Below are positions 26,840-38,765 of a stretch of DNA of 64,000 bases, one piece after another; within the stretch, counting starts at the first letter, position 1, and each line of letters starts with the position of its first letter. The translations under genes and the position numbers were made by a program. The notes beneath the pieces were generated by a model. That model was not told the DNA's origin. It did not search any database and saw nothing but the letters and a program-made list of their open reading frames with translations. This DNA comes from Eledone cirrhosa (lineage: Eukaryota). The stretch is taken from assembly GCA_964016885.1 (NCBI GenBank), contig OZ024742.1:115134001-115198000 (forward strand), in the 5' to 3' direction.

Positions 26840-29800
26840 CAAACGACACCAACAATAACACCAACAACATCACCAACAACAACACCATCAATAACAACAG
26901 CAACAACAACAATAACAGCGGTAAAGTCGAGAACGACAGTAACAAAAATAACAGCAGTAAGGGCGAGAACGACAATAACAATGACAATAACAACAGCCAT
27001 AACAACATAATAGCAGGAACAGTATCAACAAAAACAACAATAATAACAACAGCCACAATAACAGTAACACCAGCAACAGTATCAACGAAAACAACAACAA
27101 TAACACCAACAACTGTACCAACGAAAACATCAACAATGACATCGATACCTGTAATAGCGATCTCAGCACCACCAGTAAGACCAGCAATAGTGGTTCAGCT
27201 GAAAAAGGGATCACTGCTTTTGCTGGTGTCGCCCAAAATATCGAGACAGTGTTAGTCACAGAGGAGGAGATGGCAGTCGCAAGGGCCATGGTGACAAGAA
27301 GAGCCAATATAGTCTCCCTGAAACCTCCAGCCGATTTTTTCAAGGACCAGCAGGTACGGACGGTGACTTACCGCATCGTAAGCAAAATCTCACATCGGGT
27401 GGAGAGAGCCACGGAGGTTCAAATCCAAAAGGTATTGGGTGCGTCTGGGCACGCAAAACCCACATTACCTGAGGCAGAAAATACGCCACAGTAGACGTAA
27501 TTTTCGCCACCCTCCAGGAAGCAAAGTCTCACTCTTTGGAAACCCTAAAGAGTGAGGAGGTAGTCTTGGTGCCCTCCTACTGCGGGATGAACATTGAGAG
27601 GGTCAAAGTGACCCGGATCCCATCCGACGTGCCCATACCGTGGCTGGCCGCGTCTGTCCTTGCTGGAATCGAGAACAGGACGACCATACTGCAAGTAGAA
27701 AAGATAGGGAGAGAGAAGGGTCAGGTATAGGCATGCAAATGCTTATACAAACAGACCAGGAATGTATCGACTCTATCCCCGATATCATAGACATCGAGGA
27801 AGGACTCCAACTCCCTATAAGTGTAGAAGGAAGACGGCTAAAATGTTATCTCTGTGGGTCGAAGGGTCACCTCAGGGCCTTTTGCCCGAAGAAGACAGCA
27901 AAGAAGAAGGCCCCTCTCCTTCTAATACCTAGTCTGCTTCTACCAAGAGCAGGGCAGGCAACAAAGGCAGAAGCCCCTTCCACGGTGAGTAGGAGAGCAA
28001 CGTCCGTAGCACCCGATCCAACGCTACGGAAAACTAAATCAGAATCATTAGTGGCGGCAACACCATTAGCTACATTTAAAGTAGCTACACCAGCAACAAA
28101 ATTGCCTAAGAGGGCTCCACTACCACCACCAACAGCCGTGGAGCACATACCCCTCCCAGACGCCACAGAATCCGACATGGAGTTTGAGGCGGGAGTAAAG
28201 TGGAAAACGGTCTGCCACAAAAAAACAAAAGAGAAAAAAAGCCTTAGATTCTCCCTCCAAAAGCGAAACCATACAAAGAGGGGTAAAGGCTGCAAAGAAA
28301 CTTGCAGCAGCACCACCACCATCACCACCACAAGCACCACTGACAACAACAACCACACTACCAGCAGCATCACCAAAAACACCAACGACGCAAACACAAC
28401 AAGACACACACACCAAACAGCAACAAGAAGAAAACAGCAACAAAATCACACCTCCCCAAAAAAGTACACAGCCATAAACATGTCAAAAAAAGAACTCATA
28501 CAATATATAAAGCAACACACAGACATCACAGAAAAAAACTACTACACCCCACAAAGCACCAAGAACTCTCCCGACAAACATAAGCATCATTGAAATCTCA
28601 ATAAAATAGTACAAACCTTTAAAACAAAAATTCCCCAACGCTGTTGGAGACTTCAGAGGGTCGGTTACCAAGAGGATATACACTGACATCATCTTGGAAA
28701 CACCCATGACAAGCGAAATGGACCCTTCTACTGTCCCTTCACCACACGATCAAGGTAAGTGACCCTTTCTCACTTGCTCCGTTTCTCATCCAACATGGCC
28801 GTACTCAGAATAGGCAGTATAAATGCACGTGGTCTGGGGTCATCTTGGAAGCTAGGTCACCTGCTCAACGACCTCAGGTCACTAAACCAAGGTGTGGTGG
28901 CCATCAGTGAGATCAGAATCTCCGAAGCACAAGCCTTCGCACCGATCTTCGGCGGCACCGATCCTAGACGGCATCTCCCAGACGTCCAGGATCGAGGGGA
29001 GGGTTTGCCATTCCTTTTCGGAGAGGCTTGAATCTCGCGATACGGGCCATCTACCTAGACCCAGAAAATAAGTCGGTGGTGCTGGACGGGCAGATTTCTT
29101 CAGACGTCTAGAGACCTTTCTTGGAACGTCCCGCTCTTTAGTGTTAGTGGGCGACTGGAACGGTATCTTGGATGCACGCTGTGATTGTGTGGGGCTAGTG
29201 GATAGGGGAGGAGGGTGCAAGAGCCTCACCAACCTGCTCAGACGTGTTGAACTGGCTGACAGGTATCGACTGGATCACCCGAATGTGCCAATATCGAGAT
29301 GGACAAACCGCATCGTGTCATCCAGATCGTATCTCGATAGGGTATTCTGCAGAGAACTAGATAAGGCTAGTATAAGTTTTCCACAATTTAAAATAGCCGA
29401 CTAAACAGACCACAAATTTGTGATCTGTGAGATCGACATAGACAGACCTCATAGACAAGGGCCTGGTTACTGGAAGCTAAACGCGTCTTTCCCGGCGAGC
29501 AAAGCCTACAGAGACCGGATTAGCGTATTAGTTAAGCAGGCGTTGACAGGTGCGGTCTTCAACAACAGGTGGTGGTTCGCCCTGAAAAGGGCAATTAAAG
29601 TAGAGTCGATTAGGTTTAGCAAAGGACTAGTGTTAGAGGGAAAGAGAGTAGAGGTAGAGCTAGTCAGAAAGCTAGAAGAGTCGTTTAGGACAGGCATCGC
29701 AAACGACGTTCTTGTGGCGAGATTGGCACTCGACCAATTCTTCAACGCAAAATACGAAGGCTGCGTTGTCAGAGCTAGATCGCGTGCTCTGAAACACGAG

Positions 29801-32100
29801 GAGACAAAAGCCGTCCAATGGGCCCGGGTGGCAGAGGTGCGACATGGCAACAAAGCCACAATTCGGTCTTTATCTGACCAAAACGGGTGCGTGTTGCTCG
29901 AACTCGAGCAGATATATGAAGCTTTACAGCAGCACGTTGCTTAACTGTTCGGGAGCAGCGGCGGCCCGGATCGGGGCATGGACTTCAGTGCATACCTCGA
30001 CGGACGGCCTCGGCTCTCGACGACCGCAGCACAGTTTTGCGAAAAGCCAATAACAGCTGGTGAAATACGGGGAGCGATGGCTAACTGCACAAGGGGTAAA
30101 TCGCCAAGTTTGGATGGTCTGCTCTATGAGCTTTATCCATTTATGCCAGACTTGTTCGGTGACCTCTTGGCAGATGTCTACTGCAACTGGCAGCAGAACG
30201 GGAGCATTCCCAGTTTTGTGAGCCGGGGAGCAATGGCGCTGCAGAGAAAAGACCCGAACACCGGGGATGCTATCGATAATTTCAGGCCCATAACCCTGAT
30301 AAACGCAGAGTTCAAGATTTTGGCCAAAGTGTTAGCAACGAGGCTGGCGCTTGTCGTCAAGGGTCTGATGGGAGAGGCGCAGATATGCGCCATTCTGGAC
30401 AGATCCATCCACGAAAACCTCCACCTCATGCGATACATCATAGAGAGGGTGGTTAAGGAACCTGGCACGGGTGGGGCCCTGATCAACATGGATCAATCCA
30501 AAGCATTCAATAGGGTCGACCATCGGTACCTGGCGGCGTTTCTCGAGGCAGCCGGTTTCGGGCCCGTTTTCAGGGTTTAAATGGCAGCAATGAACAGAGA
30601 CATCTGCTCAGTTGTGAGGGTGAAGGGTCACCTGTCGCAGCCGTTCAGCATCATGCGCCGAGTCCGCCAGGGTTCTCCCCTCTCGTCCCTCTCGTACGTA
30701 TTGGCTCTCAAGCCGTTACTGCACAAACTGGGGGCGATTAGGGGCGTCCCACGCGAACTATGATGCGGGAAATCCGAGTTGGCTTACGCCGACGACGTCA
30801 CCGTGGTGGTTTTGCGCAGCAGACTTGTCCAGATGCTCGGCACCGCCCTCAAGTAATACGAGGCGGTCACCGGAGCAAAGATAGACCAGGAAAAGTCGGT
30901 GGGCTTGCAGCTCGGCACCTGGAGAGGCAAGTCCATGTCGTCCGACAGCGTCGTGGGGCGTTGGTCGGACGGACCGGTTAAATTGCTCGGGGTCTGGTTC
31001 GGACCAGACCTCCAGATGGAGAAAAACTGGAACGAGGTGACGAGCAGGATGGCCTCACTCACCCAGAAATGGGACGAGAGGAAGCTGTCCCTGAAAGGCC
31101 GGGCGGAGGTGGCGAATGCGTACATCGCATCCGTCATCTGCTACCGCCTCACCGTCGTCCCTTGCTCCAGCCCAACTCTCACCAAAATAAAGCTCCTCCA
31201 CTTCCTCTTTTTGTGGTAGGGACGCGCTCCCATGGTCAGACGATCCATCTGCTGTCAACACCCGTTGCGTGGAGGACTGGGCATGCCATGGCTGATGATG
31301 CGCAAACATGCGCTAAGGCTGCTAAATCTCTGGTGCTTTCTTGATGGTGAACAGGTGTGGTCGCCGTTCGCCAGGCACGTTTTCCCACAGCTCGTCTCCT
31401 TGACGGAGCTGCAGTCCTGAGTCAGAAAAAGAAGGAGAGATAGCGCTTGGAAACTGATATGTATCCAGGCGCTCACTGCCCTCTGCCAGCTGGGCACCAG
31501 TATCGGTGGAGCATCCACCTCGGCGTTCTATAGGGGACTAGTCGAAGGGAAGAGCGACGACATTCTCGGAGAGATCCTGGGCGTCGAAGAAGATCACCTG
31601 TTTGCTCTCTTCCGTAGAACTTTCAGCCCGGTGCCGAATCCCTAATAAACGTTTTCAAGTTTCACTTGAAGAGAAAAAAAGAGTGGAGAGGCAAGTGCTC
31701 CTTCTATCAAGTTTGTTGAAAGGTGGGTGAATGTATCGAGAATGGTCCCAGTGAACGGGACCACTCTGAATATACGTCTGTAGTTTGAGAGATGGAAAAA
31801 TTGAGAGAGGGCGCTTGCCCTGGTGGGCAGGGTGGCCGTGGTCCTTTGTATGGTTTTCGCCATGAGTAACCCTCGGAGGTTTCCCCCCTATTGGGGAAAT
31901 TTTCATTGTTTCATTTTTCATTTTTATTGTTTATATATATATATATATATATATATGTTTCTATGTCCTTTTTTTTCTTTTTTTATATAAATAATACAAA
32001 TATTTACACGCACAAAACCCATATCGTACCGTCCTGTACCGTCCTGTGCCGTCTGTAATGTTTTTCTTGATGTCAGCTCTTGTGGCCAATAAAAAAATCA
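26840..32100 (+). mobile_element. Tx1-like element copy 1 (ORF1 with CCHC knuckle; ORF2 APE-RT with internal deletions)
   Basis: CYLCGSKGHLRAFCP; SINARGL, GDWN, SYLDR, WKLN, FRPITL, DQSKAF, VRQG.PLS, AYADD, GGLG; ends aataaaaaaatca-(TTA)n. Confidence 0.92.
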
Positions 32101-32110
32101 TTATTATTAA

Positions 32111-35100
32111 TATTGCCGACCTACGTAGTAAATCGTATTATCGTGAGCACCGCAAAGGTTTGTTATTTCCAGCTGTTTAAAATTGCCATTTATGGAAAAG
32201 TTTTATTGTTAACTGTATATAAGTGCACATACATTGTTTTCTGAAAAGGAAACTAAAAAAAATTGGGGTCTTGAGCTAAAAATTTTAAACTTTTATAATT
32301 ATCAAACAAAGATTTTTGTTTGAAAAATCATGGACGAATCAGAGTCACAGCTTCCTCACAAACTAACACCTCACACCGACACCACCACTGTAAATATTAC
32401 TACGTTTGCCAACACTAAAAATATAAGCAGTAGAAATATTTTAAATTTGTCTCAGGCAGACATTCATTTCCCGCCATTACCAATGACTGCAGGTGTTAAA
32501 ACCGCCACCCCCACTACCACCACAGCGACAACAGAGACAAACGAAAAAAATAAATTAACTCGTGATATCGAAATGAATTCAACCAAAATGAACTCTTCCA
32601 CACCGAACACCACTGACGCCACCACCACCACAACTGAAAATAAAATTAACAATAACAAAAATAACGATAACAACAACAGCAACAATGAAATTAAGAAAAC
32701 CACCCTGAGTTTTGCCAGAGTACCAACACATATTCGAAGCATTCCAGTTAACTCAGGAGGAATTAGAAGAAGCCAACAAAATGGTAAAGCCAGATGGGTA
32801 CAGGGTCAGCTTCACCCCCCCCCCCCCCCACACACCTAATAAAATGGAGCATCGGCGCCTATGCACCGTTAACATAAAATCGTGCCGAGTTGAACGGGCA
32901 TCCGAGTCCCAAATCCCAAAAGCTTGGGACATGGGTGGGCAAAAAAAACCCACATCAGACGTGGGCAGAAATATGGGACTGTGGACGTGTTCTTTGAAAC
33001 ACCACAGGAGGCCAGAGAACACTCCATGGCCCAATTAAGAAGTGACGACTTCGCACTCGTCCCAAGCTTTTGTGGCCAGAGACTCGTGAAGATCAGGGTG
33101 ACCCGCGATCCAACGGCCATCGAAATTCCCTGGCTAATAACTGCCGTCCTCGCCGGCATCGAAGCCAACACCAAGATAATCGAAATAGCGAAAGAAAAGC
33201 AGGAGTACTGGTCAGGATCTGGGATGGAGCTCCTGATCCAAGCGGACCAAAAAAGCATTGAGGAAATCTCAGAGGTAATAGACCTCACTGACGGCAGCCC
33301 CCTCACCGTAATTGTCGAGGGCAGAAGGCCTAGTTGCGTCGTTTGTGGATAAGGAACCCACCTAAGGGCTTTCTGCCCTCAGGCTAAAGGGTTGAGGCCA
33401 CTTCTCCTACCAACCCTAGTGACTCAACCATCAACACCACCAGCAGCAGAGATGGAAGAAACAACTGGAGCAGCAACAACAGAAGTAACTATAACAGCAA
33501 CAACGCAAGCAACAGTAGCAAAACCAACACCACCACTACCCAACGCTTCAGAACTAGCACCAGCGCCTACACCATCCACCACGCCACAACCAAAACTCAC
33601 GCCAGTGGAGGATTTTCCACTCCCCGGCCTATCACAACTGGAGATAGATTGTGACGACGAGGAGTGGGAAACGGTATCAGGAAAAAAGACAAAAAGAAAC
33701 CAAAAATAAAAAAAGTATCTTCCTTCCCCACCCCCACCCCAACATACAGAGGGAAACAAATAAACTATCAAACAAAAAAGTTAGGACATACATGCCACGA
33801 TCCACACCAGCATCACCAACCCCATCACCCCAAACACCAACACTATCACCATCATTAATCCAATCCACAATCACCTACACCACAATCACCTACACCACAA
33901 AAGTCACCAAAATGCGAAACAGAAACAAACACACAACAAACGCAAACAAAACAAAACAACCAAAATGATATGCACTACACAGCATTACATTTGAACAACA
34001 ACCAATTATTACACTACATCCAACAGAAAACCAGTATCACAGAAAAAGACTACACAACAACCCAAAAATTCACACCACCTCCACACATACAAATCACTCG
34101 CATCACACAGAAAACGTACATGACACTAAAACAAAAATTCCCCAAAGACATCGGAGAATTCCCACAAGCATTCTTCAGGAGGATTTATAAGGACATCCTT
34201 CCTGAGGAGGCCAGAAGCAGTGAAAAGGATGGAGAAACCGTCCTTCCTCTACGAGAAGTAAGGTAAGTGGTCTTTCCCATCTTTTCCACTCCATTTCAAT
34301 ATGACCTCACTCAGAATAGGCAGCATAAATGCGCGTGGCTTGGGGTCGTCATGGAAGCAGGGCCACCTGTTCAACGACCTCAGGTCACTAAACATATATG
34401 TAGTGGCCAACAGCGAGACCAGATTCTTCGAAGCACGGTCTTTCGCACCGATCTTCGGCGGCTACGATGTGTACGCATCTCCCAGCGGTCCGGGATTGGG
34501 GGAAGGAGTTTCTGTGCTTTTTCGGAGAGGTTTGGATCTTGCCTTACGGGCCATCTTCCTGGACCCAGAAGGTAAGTTGGTGGTGCTGGACGTGACCAGC
34601 GGAGACGGGCAAGCTTTCAGGTTAGTGGCCGTCTATGCCCCGACAGGAGCAGGATGGCCTGATTTCTTCCGGAGTCTGGAGACCTTTCTTGGAACGTCCC
34701 GCTCTTTAGTGTTAGTGGGCGACTGGAACGGGATCTTAGATGCACGCTGGGCCTGTGTGGGATTAGTGGATAGGGGAGGAGGGTGCAAAAGTCTCACCAA
34801 CCTGCTCAGGCGTTTTGAACTGTCTGACAGGTACCGCTTTGATTTCCCGAATGTGCCTATGTGGACTTGGACAAATCGCATAGGTTCATCCAGATCATAT
34901 CTAGATAGAGTATTTTGTAGGGAAATAGATAGGTCTAGCATAGGCTGTCCACAATTCCAGATAGTCAGCTACACGGACCACACATTCGTGATCTTTCTGC
35001 TTGACTTAGAGCAAGGCCTACAGAGACCGGATTAGCGAACTAGTTAAACGGGCGTTGACGGGGGCCATCGTCAACAACAAGTGGTGGTTTGCTCTGAAAA

Positions 35101-37817
35101 GAGCAATTAGAATAGAATCCATTAGGTTTAGTAAGGCTTTAGCAATAGAGAAAAATAGAGCAGAGGGAGAATTAGTTCGAAAATTCGACGAGGCGCTTAG
35201 CAAAGGCATCGCCACGGACGTACTTGCGGCGAAATTGGCCCTTGACCAATTCTTCAATGCAAAGCACGAAGGCTGCGTTGTCAAAGCTAGGGGCGTGCTC
35301 TCAGACACGAGGGGACGAAGGCCGTTGAATGGGCCCTAGGGGCGGAGGCGCGTGGTGGCAACAAAGACACGATCCGGTCTTTGGTGGACCACGACGGGCG
35401 CATGCTACTCGATCCCGGGCAAATGTGTGAAGTTTTTCAGCGACACTTCGATGAGTTGTTCGAGGGCAGCGGCGGGCCGTATCGAGAGATGGACTTTAGT
35501 GTCTACCTCGACGGACTGCCGTGGCTCTCGGCCACTGAGGCGAAGTGTTGCGAAAAGCCGATAACTACCGCTGAAGTACGGAAGGCAATGACTGGCTGCA
35601 CAAAGGGTAAATCGTCTGGTTTGGATGGTCAGTCCTATGAACTTTACGTATAGATGCCTGAATTGTTCGGAGGCCTCTTGGCGGACGCCTACTGCAACTG
35701 GCAACATAACGGGAGAATTCCCAGCTCCGTGAGCCGAGGAGTTGTGGCGTTGCTGAGAAAGGATCCGAACACGGGGGTTAACATAGATAATTTTAGGCCC
35801 ATAACTCTGCTAAATGCTGAGTTCAAGATATTGGCTGGGTGCTATCAAAGAGGTTGACGCTTGTCTTTGGTGGTCTGGTGGAAGAGGCGCAGACGTGCGC
35901 CATCCCCGACAGATCCACCCACGACAACCTCCACCACATGCGATACATCGTAGAGAGGGCAGCTAGAGAACCTGGCACGGGTGGTTCCTTGATCAATTTA
36001 GATCAGTCGAAAGCTTTCTATAGGATCGACCATCGTTACCTAGCGGCAGTCCTGAGGGCGGCTGGAATTGGGGACCTCTTCAGAGGCTGGATCGCTGCCA
36101 TGCACAGCGGCATCTGCTCTGTGGTGAGAGTGAACGGTCACCTTTCGGAACCGTTCAATATCATGCGCTCGGTCCGCCAAGGATGTCCCCTCTCGTCCCT
36201 CTTGTACGTATTGATTCTCGAGACATTACTGCACAAACTGGAGACGTTGAGGGGGGTCCTGGGCGAACTAGGATGCGGAAGATCCGTGTCAGCATATGCG
36301 GACGATGTCACCGTAGTGGTGTCGAACGCCAAACAAATCGAGGCGATCGGCACTACACTAAGAGAATACGAAGCGGTGACAGGAGCAATGATCAAACAGG
36401 AAAAGTCAGTGGGCCTGCAGCTCGCCACCTGGAGAGGCTCGTATATGCCGTCCAACAGCGTCGTCGGGCGCTTGACGGACGGACTGATAAATTGCTAGGG
36501 GTCTGGTTCTGTCCGGACCTCTAGACGAAAAAAAACTAGGACGAGGTAACGAGCAGGGTGGCTTCTCTCACCTAGAAATGGGCGGAGAGGAAGCTATCCC
36601 TGAAAGGTCGAGCGAAGGTGGCTAACGCGTACATCTACTACCGCCTGACCGTCGTACCTTGTCCTAAGCCCCGCCTGATTGCGCTGCGCTTTCGCTTTTT
36701 GTGGCTGATGATGCGCAGACACGCGCTCAGGCTACGACATCTCCACTTCTTCCTCGACGGTGATCAGGTGTGGTCGCCGTTTGCTAGACACGTCCTTCCC
36801 CAGCTCGTCTCCTTGACGGAGATGCAGTCCTGGGTCAATCGAAGACCGAGAGGGAGCGCTTGGAGACTGGAATGTCTTCAGGCGCACACAGCCCTCTACC
36901 AATCGGGCAATGTGATCGGTGAAAACTCCACCTTGGCGTTCTATAGAGGATTAGTGGAGGGGAACTGCGACGACGTACTTGTAGAAACTCTAGGCGTCGA
37001 AGAAAATCAACTTGCCAATCATTTCGGAATGACTTTCGGGCCGGGGCCTATGTACAATTTCCAGAAATCCCTGGCCTGGCAGTGCTATCGGTGAGCTTTG
37101 ACAGTTCGGGATAAACTCTACAGGCATGGATGTGCCGTCAGCCAGGCATGTCCGAGATGCGCGCAGGGCGACAAAATCGTCCTGCACGCACTCGTCAAGT
37201 GTCCGAGCATTGCTGACTTGTGGGTTTATGTCGAACACCTGCTGTCACGTGTAAGGCGGATCCAGCTATCAGCTGAGTCCATCGTGAGGATTGCCCCGCC
37301 CTCTTCCTTTAGCCGGGAAGGGCAGGCAGTATTTATCTGTCTGGTGGCCATGGCGAAAGAGATAGTATGGTGGACACGTTTGAAAGGGCTGAAGACGAGC
37401 ACTTACCTCTTCGGTGATGCCCTGATTAACCTTTTCAAATTTTATTTGAAAAGGAAAATCAGTGTAGAAAGGGAAGTGCTCTCTTACCAGAATTTTGTTG
37501 AAAGATGGGTGAGAGAGGCAAGTATGGCCCGGGTGAATTGGCCTACACTGTGTATGTGTCTTTAAATTAAAGTTGGAACACTGGGAGAGGGCATTTGCCC
37601 TGGTGATCTGGGTAACTGTGGCCTTTTTAATGGGCTTTCTTCACAATTGTCCTTCGGAAGTCTCCCCCCTATTGGGGAATTTTTCATTGTTATTTTTGAT
37701 TTTATCCTCTGTTTTTTTACACGCAGAAATGCCCATTGTTACCGTCCTGTATTGTCCTGTACTGTCTTTAATGTCTACTTTATGTAAACCTTTGTTGTTA
37801 ATAAAGAAATCAAAAAC
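32111..37817 (+). mobile_element. Tx1-like element copy 2, apparently full length (ORF1 32330-34266, ORF2 34301-37565, disrupted)
   Basis: CVVCG..H....C knuckle; APE ORF 34301-35035; RT ORF 35839-36498 (YADD); CPRC..LHAL..C; AATAAA then (TTA)n. Confidence 0.93.
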
Positions 37818-37837
37818 ATTATTATTATTATTATTAA

Positions 37838-37930
37838 GGTTGACTTTGCCTTTCATCTTTACGGAGTCGATACAATAAAGTACCAGTAATACACTGGGTA
37901 TTTGCTGGCCTTGTGCCAAAAGTAGAAACA

Positions 37931-37932
<2 letters not shown>
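37838..37932 (+). mobile_element. SINE 3' fragment
   Basis: Same core and tail as 20945-21059, flanked by (TTA)n. Confidence 0.85.
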
Positions 37933-37969
<37 letters not shown>

Positions 37970-37975
37970 GTTTTA

Positions 37976-38740
37976 TTAGTCTCAGTCATTGGTGTTATTT
38001 AAATGGAAAGTTTTTGAAATGAATATCAAGCCGCTAGCTGCAGCCTCGGAAATTCAGGACGTATCGGGTGGTTCTTGCTGTTCCCAGCAAGCATGTCTTT
38101 TGAAGGTTTCCAAAAGCGGGGCTGGACTAATCTTCTTTAACCATCCGTGGAAACACTTTGCGATAATACCTACTGTGCCTTTGACAATCGGGACGACCTT
38201 GATTACATGGCCGTTCCAAATCCTTTTTAATTCCCACTTGAAATCCTGGTATCGGTTAATTTTCTCCCTCTCATTTTGCACTCTCGTGTCAAATGAGCAG
38301 GCTACATCTACAATCAGGCGCGATATTCTTTCCTTGTCCCAAACCACCAAGTCAGGTATAATTGTGTTCTAATTGTTTGTCCGTCTGTATCCTATCTTTT
38401 GTATTTCTCCTATACGCGGGTTTCCTGGGATTTGCGATAAGTAATCATTAGACCCCTTAGCTATCATTCCTAGAGCGCCTACAAACACTGGTATTGTTTT
38501 AGCTCTCAATTTCCACATTTTTCCAATTTCTATCTCCAGGTCCTTATACTGGCTCAATTTTTCAAATGTTTTTATAGATACATTCTTGTCTCTTGGAACT
38601 GTCATATCAATTAGCAGGCATACCCCAATTTTAAGGTCCTTCAGTATTATATCAGGTCCATTTGCATTTATTTTTCGGTCTGTTTGGATGCTAAAGTTCC
38701 ACAAGATTGAGATGTGATCTTTTTCAAGTATGGTTGGTGG
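37976..38740 (-). mobile_element. Joined R4/Dong 3' fragments (family B-like 37976-38393, family A 38394-38740)
   Basis: ORF 38054-38350 matches the family B RLE; ORF 38369-38704 matches the family A RLE. Confidence 0.85.
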
Positions 38741-38765
38741 TTATTATTATTATTATTATTATTAT

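Noticed and set aside
26719-27343. Long antisense and alternative-frame ORFs in Tx1 ORF1 regions
   Set aside because: Caused by (AAC/ACC)-rich low-complexity sequence lacking stops.
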